Shown in pieces: positions 1 to 9,810 of a stretch of DNA of 64,000 nt. The notes under the pieces are model-generated. The model was given only the letters and a program-made list of their open reading frames with translations, was not told the origin of the DNA and made no database searches. The stretch spans positions 1,088,001 through 1,152,000 of the forward strand of contig CAXXLZ010000001.1 of NCBI GenBank assembly GCA_963675595.2, read 5' to 3'. Each line of letters starts with the position of its first letter. Positions within the stretch are counted from its first letter, which is position 1. This DNA is from Thermodesulfobacteriota bacterium. Its GTDB lineage: Bacteria > Desulfobacterota > Desulfarculia > JACQYL01. Both the position numbers and the translations under genes were made by a program.

Positions 1-1683
1 TACGCCGGCTACGACAAGGTGATTGTCCGCGGTAAGTCCCCCGAACCGGTTTACTTGTGGATAAACAACGACAAAGTGGAAATACGCGATGCGTCTCATT
101 TGCGGGGTAAGGGCGCCATCGAGGCTTCCGAACTCATCGTGCGAGAGTTGAAGGAACCGAAGGCTCAAGTGTCCGCCATAGGCTTGGCCGGTGAAAACAG
201 GGTCTATTTCGCTTCCGTCGAGCAGGGCAGGTCCAGCGCGAGCCGAGGCGGTATCGGTGCCGTGATGGGGGATAAAGGTCTAAAGGCGATCGCGGTTCGT
301 GGAACGAAAGACATCAACGTCGCTCGACCGCAGAGATTTATGGAACTGTGCGGTGAGGTGCTCGAGTATATTCAATTTCGGGAAAAGAATCCAATTAAGG
401 GCGTACCCGCCATCTTGGCCGGGCTCGGATCACCTCAGGAAATGGCCATTCACGATGAACAGTGGCACGCGAACAATTTCGCCTGGGGCAATGCACGACA
501 TCGCATCAAGGATTATTGGACCGAAGAAATCGAAAAGAAGTGGACGAACACCTTGGAAGACGTCCGGCAGCGATTCATTAGTTGCTATAACTGCCCGATG
601 AAATGCGGGGCGACAATCAAGGTTCCGGGGCTTCCCACCTACATGATGAAGTGCTATTCGAAGCTGACCTACACCATGGCCTCCATGACGGACCTGGATT
701 TTGGTTTCAGGATCGCACAGCGTGCCACGGAATATGGAGTGGACGCCTTTTCCGCACCGCAGGTGATGGCTTTTGCCCTCGAACTTTATGAAGCCGGCAT
801 TTTGACCGACGAGGACCTGCCGGGGATGCCCTCCGACAGAGAGGGGAGATTCCTGTGGCTGCTTGACCGAATCGTCCGGCGGGAAGGAATCGGAGATGTT
901 TTGGCCAACGGCACCCATTGGGCGGCCGAACAGATCGGCAAGGGAGCCGAGGCGTACGCTCACAACAACATCAAGAAGCATGAGCAGCTGCCTCTCAAAC
1001 TGGGAATGCTGAATCCCATTTACTTCCTGATGTATTGCACGGGCGAGAAGATCAATATCACCCAGATCGAAGGGCAGTTTCCCCAGGCGCCTTTTGCGCG
1101 AAGAGAAGACAGAGAGGAGTTCGTAAAGGATTGGTTCCAGGTTCCCGACGACAGATTTAAGCAGTATTTCCTGGACTGGGATCCACGAGGCGAAAACTCC
1201 ATTCCGTTTTATCCCTCCGTTCAAGCAACTTGTGAAATCGTCGACTGGCAAGAGAAGATGCACTTCATCGACGATACACTCGGCATGTGTGCCGGATTGT
1301 CGTCCTTTCCTCTGAAACCTCCTTACCACATACACAACTATCCTGAATTTATCTCCGCTGCGACCGGGATCGATATGGACGAAGAAGGACTATCCCGGGC
1401 CGCCAAGAGAAACCGGACTCTCGTTCGGGCCGTCAACGTAAGGAGAGGCATGAGGAGAAAAGACGAGAAGCCCCCTGAGGACCACTGGAAGAAGAGATTT
1501 CCCGAGCTTGAGCAAGAACTTCTGAATGAATACTATCGATTCAAAGGATGGAACAGGCAGGGGATTCCCACCAGAGAGTCTTTACACGAATTGTCTTTGG
1601 ACTACGTTGGAGAGGAATTGGTTCGCCGGGGAATACTATCGGAGGGGGAAGAGATCGCCGGCGAGGAAACCGCGTCGGAATAG
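1..1683 (+). CDS. bamB: Class II (tungsten, AOR-family) benzoyl-CoA reductase catalytic subunit BamB-like, 5'-truncated by window edge
   Basis: Frame is open from base 1 (YAGYDKV...). AOR-family motifs AIGLAGEN and RGGIGAVMG, plus BamB-type segments QEMAIHDEQWH, CYNCPMKC, MMKCYSKLTY and NITQIEGQFPQ. Followed directly by a BamC-like gene. Confidence 0.88.
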   Translation, partial: YAGYDKVIVRGKSPEPVYLWINNDKVEIRDASHLRGKGAIEASELIVRELKEPKAQVSAIGLAGENRVYFASVEQGRSSASRGGIGAVMGDKGLKAIAVRGTKDINVARPQRFMELCGEVLEYIQFREKNPIKGVPAILAGLGSPQEMAIHDEQWHANNFAWGNARHRIKDYWTEEIEKKWTNTLEDVRQRFISCYNCPMKCGATIKVPGLPTYMMKCYSKLTYTMASMTDLDFGFRIAQRATEYGVDAFSAPQVMAFALELYEAGILTDEDLPGMPSDREGRFLWLLDRIVRREGIGDVLANGTHWAAEQIGKGAEAYAHNNIKKHEQLPLKLGMLNPIYFLMYCTGEKINITQIEGQFPQAPFARREDREEFVKDWFQVPDDRFKQYFLDWDPRGENSIPFYPSVQATCEIVDWQEKMHFIDDTLGMCAGLSSFPLKPPYHIHNYPEFISAATGIDMDEEGLSRAAKRNRTLVRAVNVRRGMRRKDEKPPEDHWKKRFPELEQELLNEYYRFKGWNRQGIPTRESLHELSLDYVGEELVRRGILSEGEEIAGEETASE

Positions 1684-1711
1684 TATGGAAACGGGACGGA
1701 TGGAGTGCGCC

Positions 1712-2263
1712 GTGCAGAAAAATAAGAAGAAAGTCGTAAAGACCATAAGAGTCGATGTTGATAAGTGTAATGGTTGTCGGGCGTGTGAAATGGTCTGCTC
1801 CGCCTTTCACGCCTCCCCGAAGTACAGCAGCAATAATCCGTCAAGGTCTCGAATCAGGGTGATCCATGAGCCGTTAAAAGACATCTATGTGCCCGTATAT
1901 GCGGGTGAGTACGCAAATGCGGAATGCAGCGGCCGGGACAAATATACGATTGATGGAAAGGAATACGAGGAGTGTGCCTTCTGCAGAGCATCCTGTCCAT
2001 CCAGGGATATCTTTAAAGAACCCGATTCCGGTCTTCCTCTCAAATGCGATATGTGTGAAAGCGACCCGCCGCTTTCGGCGCCGATGTGCGTTCAGTGGTG
2101 CTTGAACGAGGCGCTGATTTACGAAGAAAGGGAAGAAGAGACGGAGGACGAGCCCGCGCAGGATGAACTGGAACTTGGATTGGAATCATTGGCGGACAAA
2201 TATGGATTGCAGAAGATCATGGATGCCGTTACCCGCATGTCCATGTCCAAAAAGCACTGCTAA
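1712..2263 (+). CDS. bamC: BamC-like 4Fe-4S electron-transfer subunit
   Basis: CNGCRACEMVCSAFH, CAFCRASCPSR and KCDMC...CVQWC motifs match BamC as recalled. GTG at 1712 follows GGAG; alternative ATG starts at 1685 and 1700. Confidence 0.85.
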   Translation: MQKNKKKVVKTIRVDVDKCNGCRACEMVCSAFHASPKYSSNNPSRSRIRVIHEPLKDIYVPVYAGEYANAECSGRDKYTIDGKEYEECAFCRASCPSRDIFKEPDSGLPLKCDMCESDPPLSAPMCVQWCLNEALIYEEREEETEDEPAQDELELGLESLADKYGLQKIMDAVTRMSMSKKHC

Positions 2264-2294
2264 GTTAAGCCGATTCGCTCGATCTCGGTGGAAG

Positions 2295-3716
2295 TCAGTC
2301 TAGTAAGGTTTCCCCTTCCCCACGAAGAGGAATGTTCCACTTCTTCATGTACCTCCAGATCCCCGTACGACTAAGTCCGACCTGGCGGGCGACCTCGGCC
2401 TTGTTCCAATTACAGAGATCTAGCTGCTCGATCAACATTTCTTTGGTCAATTTCTTCTTTCGGGCTGGAAGGAGTCTTGCCGAAGCCGCAGTTTCCGCGC
2501 AATTCGGCGCCCGATCGGGTCGTCGGATTTCAATGGGAAGGTCCATGGATTCGATTATATCTCGGTTGCAGAGCACAAAAGCGTGCTCGATGGCGTTTTC
2601 CAGTTCGCGTACGTTCCCGGGCCAGTCATAATCGATGAACATCCGCATGGCTTGCAGGGACAGGTTTTGGATTTGCTTGCGCGTTCTTTCATTCATCCTT
2701 TTCAGAAAATGGCTCACCAGCAGAGGGATGTCCTTTTTGCGCCGTCGCAGAGGCGGAAGTGAAATAGGAAACACCTTGAGACGGTAATAGAGGTCCTCAC
2801 GAAATCGCCCCTCCCGCACCATGGTATACAGGTCTTGATGAGTGGCGGTAATGATCCGGATATCGATCGGCCGCTTTTTCGACTCTCCCACCCGTTCGAT
2901 CTCTCGTTCCTGCAACACGCGTAGCAGCTTGACTTGGATGAAAGGCGTCAGTTCACCGATTTCGTCGAGAAACAACGTCCCACCGTCGGCCTGCTCGAAC
3001 CGTCCGACACGGTCCCCCACAGCGCCGGTGTAAGCGCCCTTGACATGGCCGAAAAGCTCGCTCTCCAATATGGATTCGGAGAGAACGCTGCAGTTGACGA
3101 CCACCATCGGGGCGTTCTTCCGTTCGCTGTTGTAGTGAATGGCTCCCGCCGCCAACTCCTTTCCGGTACCGCTCTCCCCCTGAATCAGAACGGTGGCGTC
3201 GCTTGCGGCTGCCGCCCGGATCAAGGAAAACACCCGCCGCATGGGTTGGCTCTTTCCGATGAGCTTGTCCATGCGATGCACTTCCGCCAATCGAAGCGCG
3301 ACTTCCTCAGCTTTCTGCCGGGCCGAGTTGAGTTCCGTTAGATCGGTAATGGTTTCAACCACCCCGACAGCTTCACCCATTTGGTTTCGCACCACGCTCG
3401 CGTTCTTGATGACGGGCACCTCACGGCCGTCTTTGTGTCTGATACGGCACTCCGTGGCCTCGGGCGAATCCTTGGCCATAATGCCGCATTCCTGAATGCC
3501 AGAAGGGCAAGTCTTTCCGAAACACTGCGAACATTGGAGCAGTTGACAGGTTAGACCCAGTGATTCCTTTGAATCGTAACCGCTGATGCGCTCCATGGCC
3601 TTGTTCCAGGAGGAAACACGGCCCTCCGGATCCAAGGTAAACACGCCGTCCGCCATGCAATCGAGAATCCGCTTCATGAAACGGACGTCCAAAAGGCCGG
3701 ATGCTTGATCGCTCAT
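2295..3716 (-). CDS. PAS-domain sigma54-dependent enhancer-binding activator (Fis-type HTH)
   Basis: N-terminal Cys-rich PAS, GESGTGKE Walker A, GAYTGA loop, LFLDEIGE, FREDLYYRL, WPGNVRELEN, C-terminal HTH. Confidence 0.93.
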   Translation of the reverse strand: MSDQASGLLDVRFMKRILDCMADGVFTLDPEGRVSSWNKAMERISGYDSKESLGLTCQLLQCSQCFGKTCPSGIQECGIMAKDSPEATECRIRHKDGREVPVIKNASVVRNQMGEAVGVVETITDLTELNSARQKAEEVALRLAEVHRMDKLIGKSQPMRRVFSLIRAAAASDATVLIQGESGTGKELAAGAIHYNSERKNAPMVVVNCSVLSESILESELFGHVKGAYTGAVGDRVGRFEQADGGTLFLDEIGELTPFIQVKLLRVLQEREIERVGESKKRPIDIRIITATHQDLYTMVREGRFREDLYYRLKVFPISLPPLRRRKKDIPLLVSHFLKRMNERTRKQIQNLSLQAMRMFIDYDWPGNVRELENAIEHAFVLCNRDIIESMDLPIEIRRPDRAPNCAETAASARLLPARKKKLTKEMLIEQLDLCNWNKAEVARQVGLSRTGIWRYMKKWNIPLRGEGETLLD

Positions 3717-4184
3717 CGATCTAATTTTTCTACGCCAATGCGTTAAGTTAACGTTACCTTCGAGCGGTCACTTCATATCGGATCAGCGTGTTTCACGCTT
3801 TCAGGTCATCTGACATACTCCATTACCATGGGACGTTGTTTCCGTCCTTCGGACCGCGCCACAGGATTATTTTCCATTTGCCGGCTTTGTTATACATCCG
3901 ATGTTCAGCCTAACGCATACAAGGACCGCACGCAATCCCGAGAACGACCCCTGTCCATGATTTACCGTACCTCGGCTGTCCGAAACGTCCGAAGAATGTA
4001 GCATCTTCAATACATTGTCGCCTCTTGGGCCCAAAGATAAACCATCGGGCATTGTCCTTCCTGGAAGAGCGGTTCGGTCTTTCTCCGCTTATTTCGTTCG
4101 GGGATACCGGCTTTTTGGCGTAATGAAGTGCAGGCTATTCGTTGGGGAAGTCATCGGCATAAGGCCTTGAGTTTTGTTGATGGA

Positions 4185-7100
4185 TTAAGGTAACCCATTG
4201 ATCTCCCGTTTGATTCGCTCCACAAGGATCCGAGCATTCATTTTTTCGGCCAGGGATAGGGACTTGTTCAGATCATTCATGGCGAGCTTGGGACGGCTTG
4301 CCTTCAACACTTTACCTCGTACGTGGAGCGCCATTGCCTCATGCTTCTTTGCACCCATTTTCTTGGCCGAACGAAAGGCTTTTCCGGCAAGAGAAAGAGC
4401 CTTTTCCCTTTCTCCCGTCTTTCGGCGGAGCTCGGCCAGAACAATGAAAAGTCTGGTTTTGTATCGCCATAGGGTATAAGCGATACGTTGTCGGCTGACC
4501 TCCTCCCGGGACTGCCGAAGGATCTTTTCGGCGTCATCCAGCCTGTCCATTTGAATCATGTTCTCGCCGATATTGATTCGGGCGTTGTTGATGGTTTCCG
4601 GGTCTCCGGTCGGCAGGGCTTCCTCCAGGGATTGTCTATTGAATTCCAGCGCCGTCTCAACGTCCCCCTTCTCCGCGAGAACCCACCCTAGTGTGTTCAA
4701 AAGTCTCGGCCGCCAGAACGGATCGCCTCCCGCTTCCAGATGACCCAACCCGGCCCTTAGGGTCTTTTCCGCCTCTTCCAACCGACCCAAAGCGCCGAGG
4801 ATAAGCCCCTGTCTGAAATGAAGCATGACCTCGAAATAGGCGCTGTTCAGCTTCCGGTTGAGTCTGGCGAGCTCCTTGCTGAAGGCGAGAGCTTCGTCGA
4901 AGTCGCCGGTCCAGTTATAGTATTGTATGAGAGAGGCCAGACTCCATGCCCTCCCTTCCGGATCTTTGACCTCATCGGCGAGATCCAGGGTCTCGATAAG
5001 AAGCGGTTTGGCCTTCTTCAGTCTCCCCAGGACGGAGTAAAGTTGTCCGAGGAAGCTGCTTGCCTTCTGATGAATCTCTGAGATGCCCAGGGCTTTGCTT
5101 TGCTCTACGGCTTTGATCAGATAATGCTCGGAGGATCGAGGCCGATGGCTATAAAAGGCGACCCAGCCCAGCCGGAACAGGGCCTCCAGTTCCACCTCGC
5201 GATTTTCCTGTTTTTTGGCCAGCGAAAGCATCTTCTGAAAAGCGAGACGGCTTTTCTCCATTTCCCTCACACAGAAGTGCATGCTGCCGATCCATTTGTA
5301 GAGCAGCATCCCCTCTTTGCCCGTCTGGTCCAAATTTCCTTTTTTCAGGATATCCAATGCCAAGTTGAAGCAGGTCAGCGCCTCCCGACATGAAAAGGAT
5401 TGCCTCGCTCGGTGGCCGGCATCCAAGGTATAGGATAAGGCCTTGGGCCACTGTTCGGCGTGATAGTAATGAAAGGACAAGAAACCCAACTGATTATGAA
5501 GGTTGTCGTGATGGAGTTCTTCAACAGTCTCAGCCACGATACGGTGATAGGTCTTGCGGGACCTATGGAGCAGGCTGTGGTAGGTGACTTGCTGCATCAT
5601 CTGATGCCGGAACGCGTACCGATTTCCCGAATCGGGAGATATTCGATCAATAATTCCCTCGTCCTCGAGAACGGCCAGCCCGTGTTTCATGTTTGCTTCA
5701 TCTTCAACGAGACGTTTCAGAACATCATGGGAGAAGACGCTGCCGATAACGGACGCCAACCGGCAGACCCGTTTTGCCGCCTCGGGAAGGGAATCCAGCC
5801 GGGCGGCCAGCACATCACGAATCGTCTCAGGAATCGCCATATCCTCCAATTCGAGTCGCAGACGGCATTGTTGATCATCGCAGACGACCATTCTTTGCCG
5901 GTTAAGATGCGTTCCCATCTCCACTAAGAAAAGTGGGTTACCTCCCGCACTGGAAATGATCTTCTCCGATGTTGAGGGTTTGAGACGATCCGCCCCAAGG
6001 GCGGCGTTGAATATCTTCAGGGCGTCCTCCGCCCGAAACGGAGCGGGACGAATCACCGAATCAGGCTCGATGGGGCACCAGCGAGTAGATGTCGTCCTCC
6101 CGGAAAGGATTATCAACAGGGGGCCCTGTTGCGTTGATTGATGCAAAAAACCGAAGAATTCCTTTGTTGTTGCATCTACCCACTGCATGTCATCCACCGC
6201 CATGACGATGGGCCTGATGGACATGCATGACCAAAGGAGATCCCGGATTGCCAAAAAAATATCGCGCTTCTCTCCTTCCCTGATCAGTTCGGAACGATCT
6301 TCCTCAGCCCGGATTCGACCAAAAAGAGAAAGGATTCGTTCGAGTTTCGGGAGGAGTTCTTTATCTCTGATCTTCTCTCGGATTCTGCTTCTGATCTCTC
6401 CCAATCCGTCTCTATCCGAAAATTGAAAATAGTGCTTGAACATCTGAGAAAACGGATGAAAAGCCGCAGCTTCGCCATAAGGCTGACAACGACCGGCCAA
6501 GTAGAATACGCTTTCGTGGTCGAGCGAACTTCTGAACTGCTCCAGAAGTCTCGTTTTTCCAATACCCGCCTCTCCTTCCAGGGCTATCACACAAAGCGAG
6601 CCCTTCTGAACCGAATGAAACGCCTTGTCAAGAAGCGCCATCTCCGTCTGCCGGTTGATGAAAGGAATCGGTATCGTTGATGGTTTTACTCGGGAATCGA
6701 TCTCTCTTTTTTCACTCAAAAGGGAAAAGGCCGCTACGATGTTTTCTTTGCCTTTGACCTCGAAGTCCCCAATCTTTCGAAACCGAAAGAATGGTTGGGC
6801 CGCATCTCTGATGGTTTGCGAAACCCATATTTTTCCAGGGGTGGCGATGGATTCCAAGCGCGCCGCCAAGTTGGTCGTGTCTCCCAACGCCGTGTAATCA
6901 AGACGCAAATTGTCTCCGATGGAAGCAACAACCACCGACCCTGTGTTAATCCCAATGCGCATCTTAAAAGAAATGCCGTAGAGTTTGCTCATCTCAGATT
7001 CATATTCTCGCAGGCGGGCTTGAATTCTGAGAGCAACATGGCAGGCGCGTCTGGTGTGATCTTCGTAGGCGATGGGGGCGCCGAAGAGAGCCATAACCCC

Positions 7101-7517
7101 ATCCCCCGTGTATTGATTAATTGTGCCGCCGGCGCCGTGAATCTCTTCACCCAGAATCTCAAAGCAGCCTTCCATGAGGGAATGGACATCTTCGGGGTCA
7201 AGTGCTTCTGCGATGGAGGTGAAATTGGCGACATCGGCAAACAGCACGGTTACGTGTTTCCTTTCGCCTTCCAGAGGACTGTGCCCTTTAAGGACTTTTT
7301 CCACCAGGAATGGAGGGGTGTAGTCAGAGGACGTACGTTTGGCGTAGGTGGGGATATCCGTTCCTTGGTTCAGCGAGCTTCCGCATTGACCACAGAACTT
7401 GAAGTCCAAGGGATTAGCGGCACCACATTTCGGACACTGCAGAGCCAGAGAAGCACCACAACGCCGACAAAATCTCGTGCCTTCCGGATTATTGGATCGG
7501 CAGCTAGGGCATTTCAT
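4185..7517 (-). CDS. Double zinc-ribbon + class III nucleotidyl cyclase + STAND/AAA ATPase + TPR protein
   Basis: Four CxxC pairs at the N-terminus, VTVLFADV...GDGVMALFG...GDTTNLAARLE, GEAGIGKT Walker A, MAVDDMQWVD, GGNPLF, TPR-like helical C-terminus. Confidence 0.9.
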   Translation of the reverse strand: MKCPSCRSNNPEGTRFCRRCGASLALQCPKCGAANPLDFKFCGQCGSSLNQGTDIPTYAKRTSSDYTPPFLVEKVLKGHSPLEGERKHVTVLFADVANFTSIAEALDPEDVHSLMEGCFEILGEEIHGAGGTINQYTGDGVMALFGAPIAYEDHTRRACHVALRIQARLREYESEMSKLYGISFKMRIGINTGSVVVASIGDNLRLDYTALGDTTNLAARLESIATPGKIWVSQTIRDAAQPFFRFRKIGDFEVKGKENIVAAFSLLSEKREIDSRVKPSTIPIPFINRQTEMALLDKAFHSVQKGSLCVIALEGEAGIGKTRLLEQFRSSLDHESVFYLAGRCQPYGEAAAFHPFSQMFKHYFQFSDRDGLGEIRSRIREKIRDKELLPKLERILSLFGRIRAEEDRSELIREGEKRDIFLAIRDLLWSCMSIRPIVMAVDDMQWVDATTKEFFGFLHQSTQQGPLLIILSGRTTSTRWCPIEPDSVIRPAPFRAEDALKIFNAALGADRLKPSTSEKIISSAGGNPLFLVEMGTHLNRQRMVVCDDQQCRLRLELEDMAIPETIRDVLAARLDSLPEAAKRVCRLASVIGSVFSHDVLKRLVEDEANMKHGLAVLEDEGIIDRISPDSGNRYAFRHQMMQQVTYHSLLHRSRKTYHRIVAETVEELHHDNLHNQLGFLSFHYYHAEQWPKALSYTLDAGHRARQSFSCREALTCFNLALDILKKGNLDQTGKEGMLLYKWIGSMHFCVREMEKSRLAFQKMLSLAKKQENREVELEALFRLGWVAFYSHRPRSSEHYLIKAVEQSKALGISEIHQKASSFLGQLYSVLGRLKKAKPLLIETLDLADEVKDPEGRAWSLASLIQYYNWTGDFDEALAFSKELARLNRKLNSAYFEVMLHFRQGLILGALGRLEEAEKTLRAGLGHLEAGGDPFWRPRLLNTLGWVLAEKGDVETALEFNRQSLEEALPTGDPETINNARINIGENMIQMDRLDDAEKILRQSREEVSRQRIAYTLWRYKTRLFIVLAELRRKTGEREKALSLAGKAFRSAKKMGAKKHEAMALHVRGKVLKASRPKLAMNDLNKSLSLAEKMNARILVERIKREINGLP

Positions 7518-7753
7518 AGAATCCTCTTGGAAGACTTTAACGGACTTCCTCAGAGAAGTATAGCAACGACCAACCCGGGCCTTGTGACCCGGCGGCGGAA
7601 AACGGCTCCCGACGTGAGAGGCTATGTGCCGCCCATTTGTTATTGGATATTTTGGTGAACTAAAGACGCTGCTTCATGGCTCCTCGAATACTATCATCAA
7701 ACCATCTCACCGGTTATTTGGCGTTCCATCCTACGTATAACTTTATAGATCGG

Positions 7754-9550
7754 CTAAAAGACTTCTAAAACGTACCCATCCGCATCCCTATAGAGGACCA
7801 TAAGACCCTGAGGAACGTTTAGAAACGCAAAATCCAGCAGGTCATTAGCGAGCATCTTGGACTGCCGACTTTCAACAATCCTCTGACCCAGCCACTTCAC
7901 GCCGACCACCTGGTCACTTCCTTGGGTAGATCCCAGAACCTTTCTCAGGCTGGTTTCCAGGATATCCCCTCCCCGCTCCTTGTAAATAAGAAAGCTCTGA
8001 CCGTCTAATTGGGTTTTCAGCTCGAACCGGCGGGGCGGGTACACTTCTTGATAAGTTTTCTTGTCAAACCCACCGAGGTACAAGTCCTCTCTGAGTTTCA
8101 ACGGGTAGGCGATTTCTCTGAATCTCCCGTAATTACGCATGCCTGAGGCTTCGACTTTTTCTTCGGCAGCCAAATAGCCGTGAAGGTCATTGCCGGCCTC
8201 CAGGACGATCAGTCGTTCGGGATCGTCCGGGACAAGGTTGAACTGATAGATGGAATAAACGCCCCGTGCCGGTTCGTAGGGTTCACCCATTTCCAACTTG
8301 CCTAGATCTTCGTTCCACCGCAGTTGATGAATGGGTCCCGCATACTGCTCGTAGTCACCACCACACTGCGCCAGGGCTACTCGCTCACCTTGGCGATCCT
8401 CGATCACTCTCAAGTAGTACGGCCAGTCCCGGACCAGGGGCTTGAGGCGCCCATCTTCAGAAGTCAGTACAATCGAGCGGAGGCGGTTGTCTTGTTTGTC
8501 CAGGTTCCGAACCGGTTCGGCGAGCGTTACCAAAATTTCGTGCCCGCCGTCGGCGTTCAGGTCCGCCGCATGAAGGTGAAGCGGCCAAATACCGGCTTTC
8601 TCAAAGGGGTAACGTTCCTTTTCGTGCAGTCTTCCCTCTTGGACCTGGTAGATCACCAACGCCCGCTGACCCAGCAAAGCCAGCTCCCACGTGCCGTCTC
8701 CTTCCAGGTCGCACTGGACGACCCGATAAAAAGGTTCTTGCAGACGGTAGAACTCGCTTTTTTCCGACGCTGGTGTGGTATGGAAGCTCATGCCGGAGGG
8801 GAGGGGAGTGGTTAGCGCCGCATTTTCCGGCTCTTGTGGAGGCCTCAACTCCCCCGCCGTACCTGACACTGATGAAGACGCCGAAATGGAGTGCCCCACC
8901 GGAAAGATAGTACGAATCGGGTCTTGGTAGGTTTCGGTTTCGGAGAAGAGGACACGTGCGTTGTCTGCAGTGGTTAACTGGTAGACAAGATGCCCGGGCT
9001 CCGCTTCCAGCCGGAGCACGAGATCCCATGGCCGTAAATCCGCCGTTATGGAATCTCCCGCCACCTCAATGACCTGCATCCCTTTTGCCGGAAGCTCTTT
9101 TAATAGTGTCCGGTAAGGTGGGGCGCCGTGCTTCTTCTCCAGGTTGGTATAAAGGTGAATCGTTGGGGTGGGGGAGGACAGGACCCAGTCTCCTACTTCC
9201 ACCGCGGCCTCTGCGGACTGCTCGATCCGGGCCAGAACCGAGTCGGCGAAGAGCGCCTCCACCTGGATCCAGGCCACTTGACGCTGCAGCGACGGCGAGA
9301 TTCCCTTGCGATGCTCCGTGACCTGAAGCCATTGCCCTTCTTTAAGGGGAACGCTCTCTTTTGTGAACCGGAGCCGATTCCGGGATTGTTCAATCACCCG
9401 GCCGAGCACCTGGAAGGGAGCGGTGTATTGTTTCTCGAAATACTTCATGAGCTTCTGTTCGGGCCTTTCCCCGGCCTCACATGGATTGACGGCCGAACAA
9501 ACGAGGGCTGTACAGAGCCCAAGCCACAAGATGCCGTTCCTGATTTTCAT
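7754..9550 (-). CDS. Secreted protein with FG-GAP/VCBS-like repeats (probable beta-propeller)
   Basis: Signal peptide, DLEGDGTWEL and ADLNADGGHEI motifs, GGAG RBS before ATG 9550. Confidence 0.7.
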   Translation of the reverse strand: MKIRNGILWLGLCTALVCSAVNPCEAGERPEQKLMKYFEKQYTAPFQVLGRVIEQSRNRLRFTKESVPLKEGQWLQVTEHRKGISPSLQRQVAWIQVEALFADSVLARIEQSAEAAVEVGDWVLSSPTPTIHLYTNLEKKHGAPPYRTLLKELPAKGMQVIEVAGDSITADLRPWDLVLRLEAEPGHLVYQLTTADNARVLFSETETYQDPIRTIFPVGHSISASSSVSGTAGELRPPQEPENAALTTPLPSGMSFHTTPASEKSEFYRLQEPFYRVVQCDLEGDGTWELALLGQRALVIYQVQEGRLHEKERYPFEKAGIWPLHLHAADLNADGGHEILVTLAEPVRNLDKQDNRLRSIVLTSEDGRLKPLVRDWPYYLRVIEDRQGERVALAQCGGDYEQYAGPIHQLRWNEDLGKLEMGEPYEPARGVYSIYQFNLVPDDPERLIVLEAGNDLHGYLAAEEKVEASGMRNYGRFREIAYPLKLREDLYLGGFDKKTYQEVYPPRRFELKTQLDGQSFLIYKERGGDILETSLRKVLGSTQGSDQVVGVKWLGQRIVESRQSKMLANDLLDFAFLNVPQGLMVLYRDADGYVLEVF

Positions 9551-9810
9551 GCGCACACTCCTTGACTCGTTCGGTTTCTATAATCCTGGACGATGCCGTT
9601 TTTCCGGCGGAATTGATCCGCCTTGTCCGGAGGAGTTTGCCTCTCTTTGGCTTGATTCCCCCAGCTCAAAGCGCCCGAACAAGCAACCGAACGAAGGTCT
9701 GTTGTGGGCTCGGAAACTCCTTCAAGTTGACCGTTCAGGGGCGACCAGCCACCAGCCGACCACCCCTTCGAGAACCTTTCAATCCGACATCCGCGGCAAC
9801 CTTGCCGATA

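Noticed and set aside
3760-4180. Small ORFs between the regulator and the cyclase
   Set aside because: No recognisable motif or convincing RBS; treated as intergenic.
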